From a virus: a DNA stretch of 64,000 nt. Below the pieces are notes generated by a model that saw nothing but the letters and a program-made list of their open reading frames with translations, was not told the origin of the DNA and did no database searches. How positions within the stretch are numbered: the stretch's first letter is position 1; the number at the start of each line of letters is the position of its first letter. Position numbers and translations under genes: made by a program. Below are positions 62,391 to 64,000 of this stretch, one piece after another. Location: positions 1 through 64,000 of IMG/VR virus record IMGVR_UViG_3300042520_001767; one strand, written 5' to 3'.

Positions 62391-64000
62391 TTGATTTCAC
62401 TTGATGACATACGAGGCCGCTCAGCTTTATCCTTTCTAGAAAAATATGAAGGTATAAACCCATATCTTAGAAAATTAAAGGGTGAATATTTAAAAAATAA
62501 AAAATTAGCTCTTACTGAAAACCAATCAAAATATATTATAGATAATCACGAAAGAGAACCACAATATATAAATAGAGTAATTAGTATAACACCTTATTTA
62601 GGTGAAGAACTAAAAAAAATTGATAATCTACCATTCACACCAGAAAAAATACTAATTGAATTTATTTTGGCTGAAACAGATAAGAGTTACCACGTTTATG
62701 GCAAACTTAAACAAAATCAAAAAGAATCCAAAATGTATTGGATTCCTAAAACACAAGTTAATGACGACCCTTATTTTGAAAAAATAGATGTAGATGTCGA
62801 TTTTACAAAATATAATGAAATACTTAGTAAATACGGTAAAACACTCTACAAACACCAAGAAGATGGTATCAAGTTTTTATTATCTAGAAATGGGTGTATC
62901 TTAGCTGACGACATGGGACTTGGGAAATCCTTGATTATCAGCACTTTAGCTATAACACCTACTGGAACTAAGAGATTTGGTGATTTAAAAGTTGGTGATA
63001 GAATAATTGGTTCTAATGGTAAACCGTGTAATATTATAGGTGTTTATCCGCAAGGTGAAAAAGACTTATATAAAGTAACATTTAATGATGGGTATAGTAT
63101 TTTATGTTGTAAGGAACATTTATGGACAGTATCTTCATGTAATTCTGGTGAAAATTCTAAAAATAGAGAAAATAGATATATAACACTTAGTACTGAACAA
63201 ATGTTAGATGAAAACCTAATATTAGAACAAATTGGTACTGGTTGGAATGAAAAACGACCATATAAGTTTAAAACATATTATAAACAAAAAAATGGTGATT
63301 CTAAATGGCAAATTCCAATTGTTAAACCAATTGAATTTGAAAATAACGATGTTTTACCGATTGAACCTTACTTATTAGGTGTTGCGTTGGGTGATGGTCA
63401 TTTTGATAGTAAAAACAATATTAAAATAGGTATACATAAAGAAGATTTTAATGAGATATTTGAAACCTATGATTTTATTGAACGAAAGCCTACTGGAAAT
63501 ATCAGGATAGCTTATTTCAAAATACTAAACCATATAAATAATTTAGGTTTATCTGATACACATTCAGATACTAAATTCATTCCAGAAATTTATAAATATT
63601 CTAGTATCGAAAATAGACTTGCGATATTACAAGGTCTTATGGATACTGATGGTCATTGTATGAAATCAAAAAACGGTGAATTCAATGGTACTGAGTATTG
63701 TACCGTATCTGAAAGATTAGCTGATGATGTTGCGGATATTGTACATTCTTTGGGTGGTATTGTCAGAAAGAAAAGTAAAATTGGTTCATATAAAAAAGAA
63801 GATGGAACAAAAGTTATATGTAAACGTGCCTATAGATTAAATATTAAAATGCCAGAACAATTCAATCCATTCAGATTAAAAAGAAAGGCTAACGATTATA
63901 ATCCTCCTACAAAATATAAAATTGGTAGATATATTAAAAATATCGAACCTTGTGGTAAAGGTGAATCGGTTTGTATTGCTGTAGATGCACCAGATAAATT
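62391..64000 (+). CDS. SNF2/SF2-family helicase with an intein, truncated by window edge
   Basis: Missing from the track because it has no stop. The frame is open from the TTG at 62391 (A-rich leader) to the end: ...LYKHQEDGIKFLLSRNGCILADDMGLGK^SLIIST... Confidence 0.88.
   Translation, partial: MISLDDIRGRSALSFLEKYEGINPYLRKLKGEYLKNKKLALTENQSKYIIDNHEREPQYINRVISITPYLGEELKKIDNLPFTPEKILIEFILAETDKSYHVYGKLKQNQKESKMYWIPKTQVNDDPYFEKIDVDVDFTKYNEILSKYGKTLYKHQEDGIKFLLSRNGCILADDMGLGKSLIISTLAITPTGTKRFGDLKVGDRIIGSNGKPCNIIGVYPQGEKDLYKVTFNDGYSILCCKEHLWTVSSCNSGENSKNRENRYITLSTEQMLDENLILEQIGTGWNEKRPYKFKTYYKQKNGDSKWQIPIVKPIEFENNDVLPIEPYLLGVALGDGHFDSKNNIKIGIHKEDFNEIFETYDFIERKPTGNIRIAYFKILNHINNLGLSDTHSDTKFIPEIYKYSSIENRLAILQGLMDTDGHCMKSKNGEFNGTEYCTVSERLADDVADIVHSLGGIVRKKSKIGSYKKEDGTKVICKRAYRLNIKMPEQFNPFRLKRKANDYNPPTKYKIGRYIKNIEPCGKGESVCIAVDAPDK
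62928..64000 (+). mobile_element. Intein (Ser1, LAGLIDADG endonuclease, class 3-type Trp and Cys), C-terminal block G beyond the window
   Basis: SLIISTLAITPTG start, CCKEHLW (block B), LGVALGDG, LQGLMDTDG and SVCIAV (block F). Confidence 0.85.

Noticed and set aside
403-62858. The many short ORFs in the track lying antisense to, or nested within, long genes (e.g. 403-597, 652-888, 13756-14145, 15949-16143, 16004-17018, 19201-19437, 31545-31835, 39474-40184, 46570-46884, 56635-57926, 62248-62463, 62652-62858)
   Set aside because: They are shadows of well-supported genes on the other strand or frame, with hydrophobic I/L/F/S-rich composition typical of antisense AT-rich DNA and no recognisable motifs.
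1-64000. tRNA, tmRNA, rRNA or riboswitch genes
   Set aside because: No intergenic stretch shows a cloverleaf with a T-loop GTTCRA or enough GC-rich structure. The hairpins found are terminator-like. A covariance-model scan (tRNAscan-SE, Infernal/Rfam) would be needed to exclude divergent RNAs.

Overview
This window is a very AT-rich segment of a large tailed dsDNA phage with a contractile tail (myovirus, T4-like gene vocabulary); no cellular housekeeping context is visible. Almost all genes are on the minus strand. From right to left they encode: neck and tail-completion proteins (gp14-like, gp15-like); tail-fibre or appendage genes; a small membrane-protein cassette; tail sheath; tail tube; a gp26/gp51-like chaperone pair; tape measure protein; baseplate hub, tube-initiator and lysin proteins; a DNA replication and recombination block (gp32-like SSB, UvsX/RecA, RNase H-like 5'-3' exonuclease, DnaB/gp41 helicase with an intein, nrdB, nrdA); and baseplate wedge and other virion genes. 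An intein-containing SNF2-type helicase starts on the plus strand at the right edge. TAnnTTTG promoter elements, A-rich leaders without Shine-Dalgarno motifs, SprB-like repeats and a DDLPF SSB tail all point to a Bacteroidota host (inference). Most notable: (i) a probable programmed +1/-2 frameshift at a T7 run joining the gp26-like and gp51-like tail chaperones; (ii) two related class-3-signature inteins, both at helicase Walker A sites; (iii) three copies of a Zn-ribbon/PD-(D/E)xK/GNAT-like endonuclease gene around the tail tube gene; (iv) an unannotated ribbon-helix-helix gene with a candidate operator, divergent from the sheath gene; (v) a recurrent ATATTTAT motif upstream of structural genes; (vi) an OmpA-like domain inserted into a baseplate protein. 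I saw no tRNA, rRNA, CRISPR array or reverse transcriptase. All family calls come from motif recognition by eye, not from database searches.
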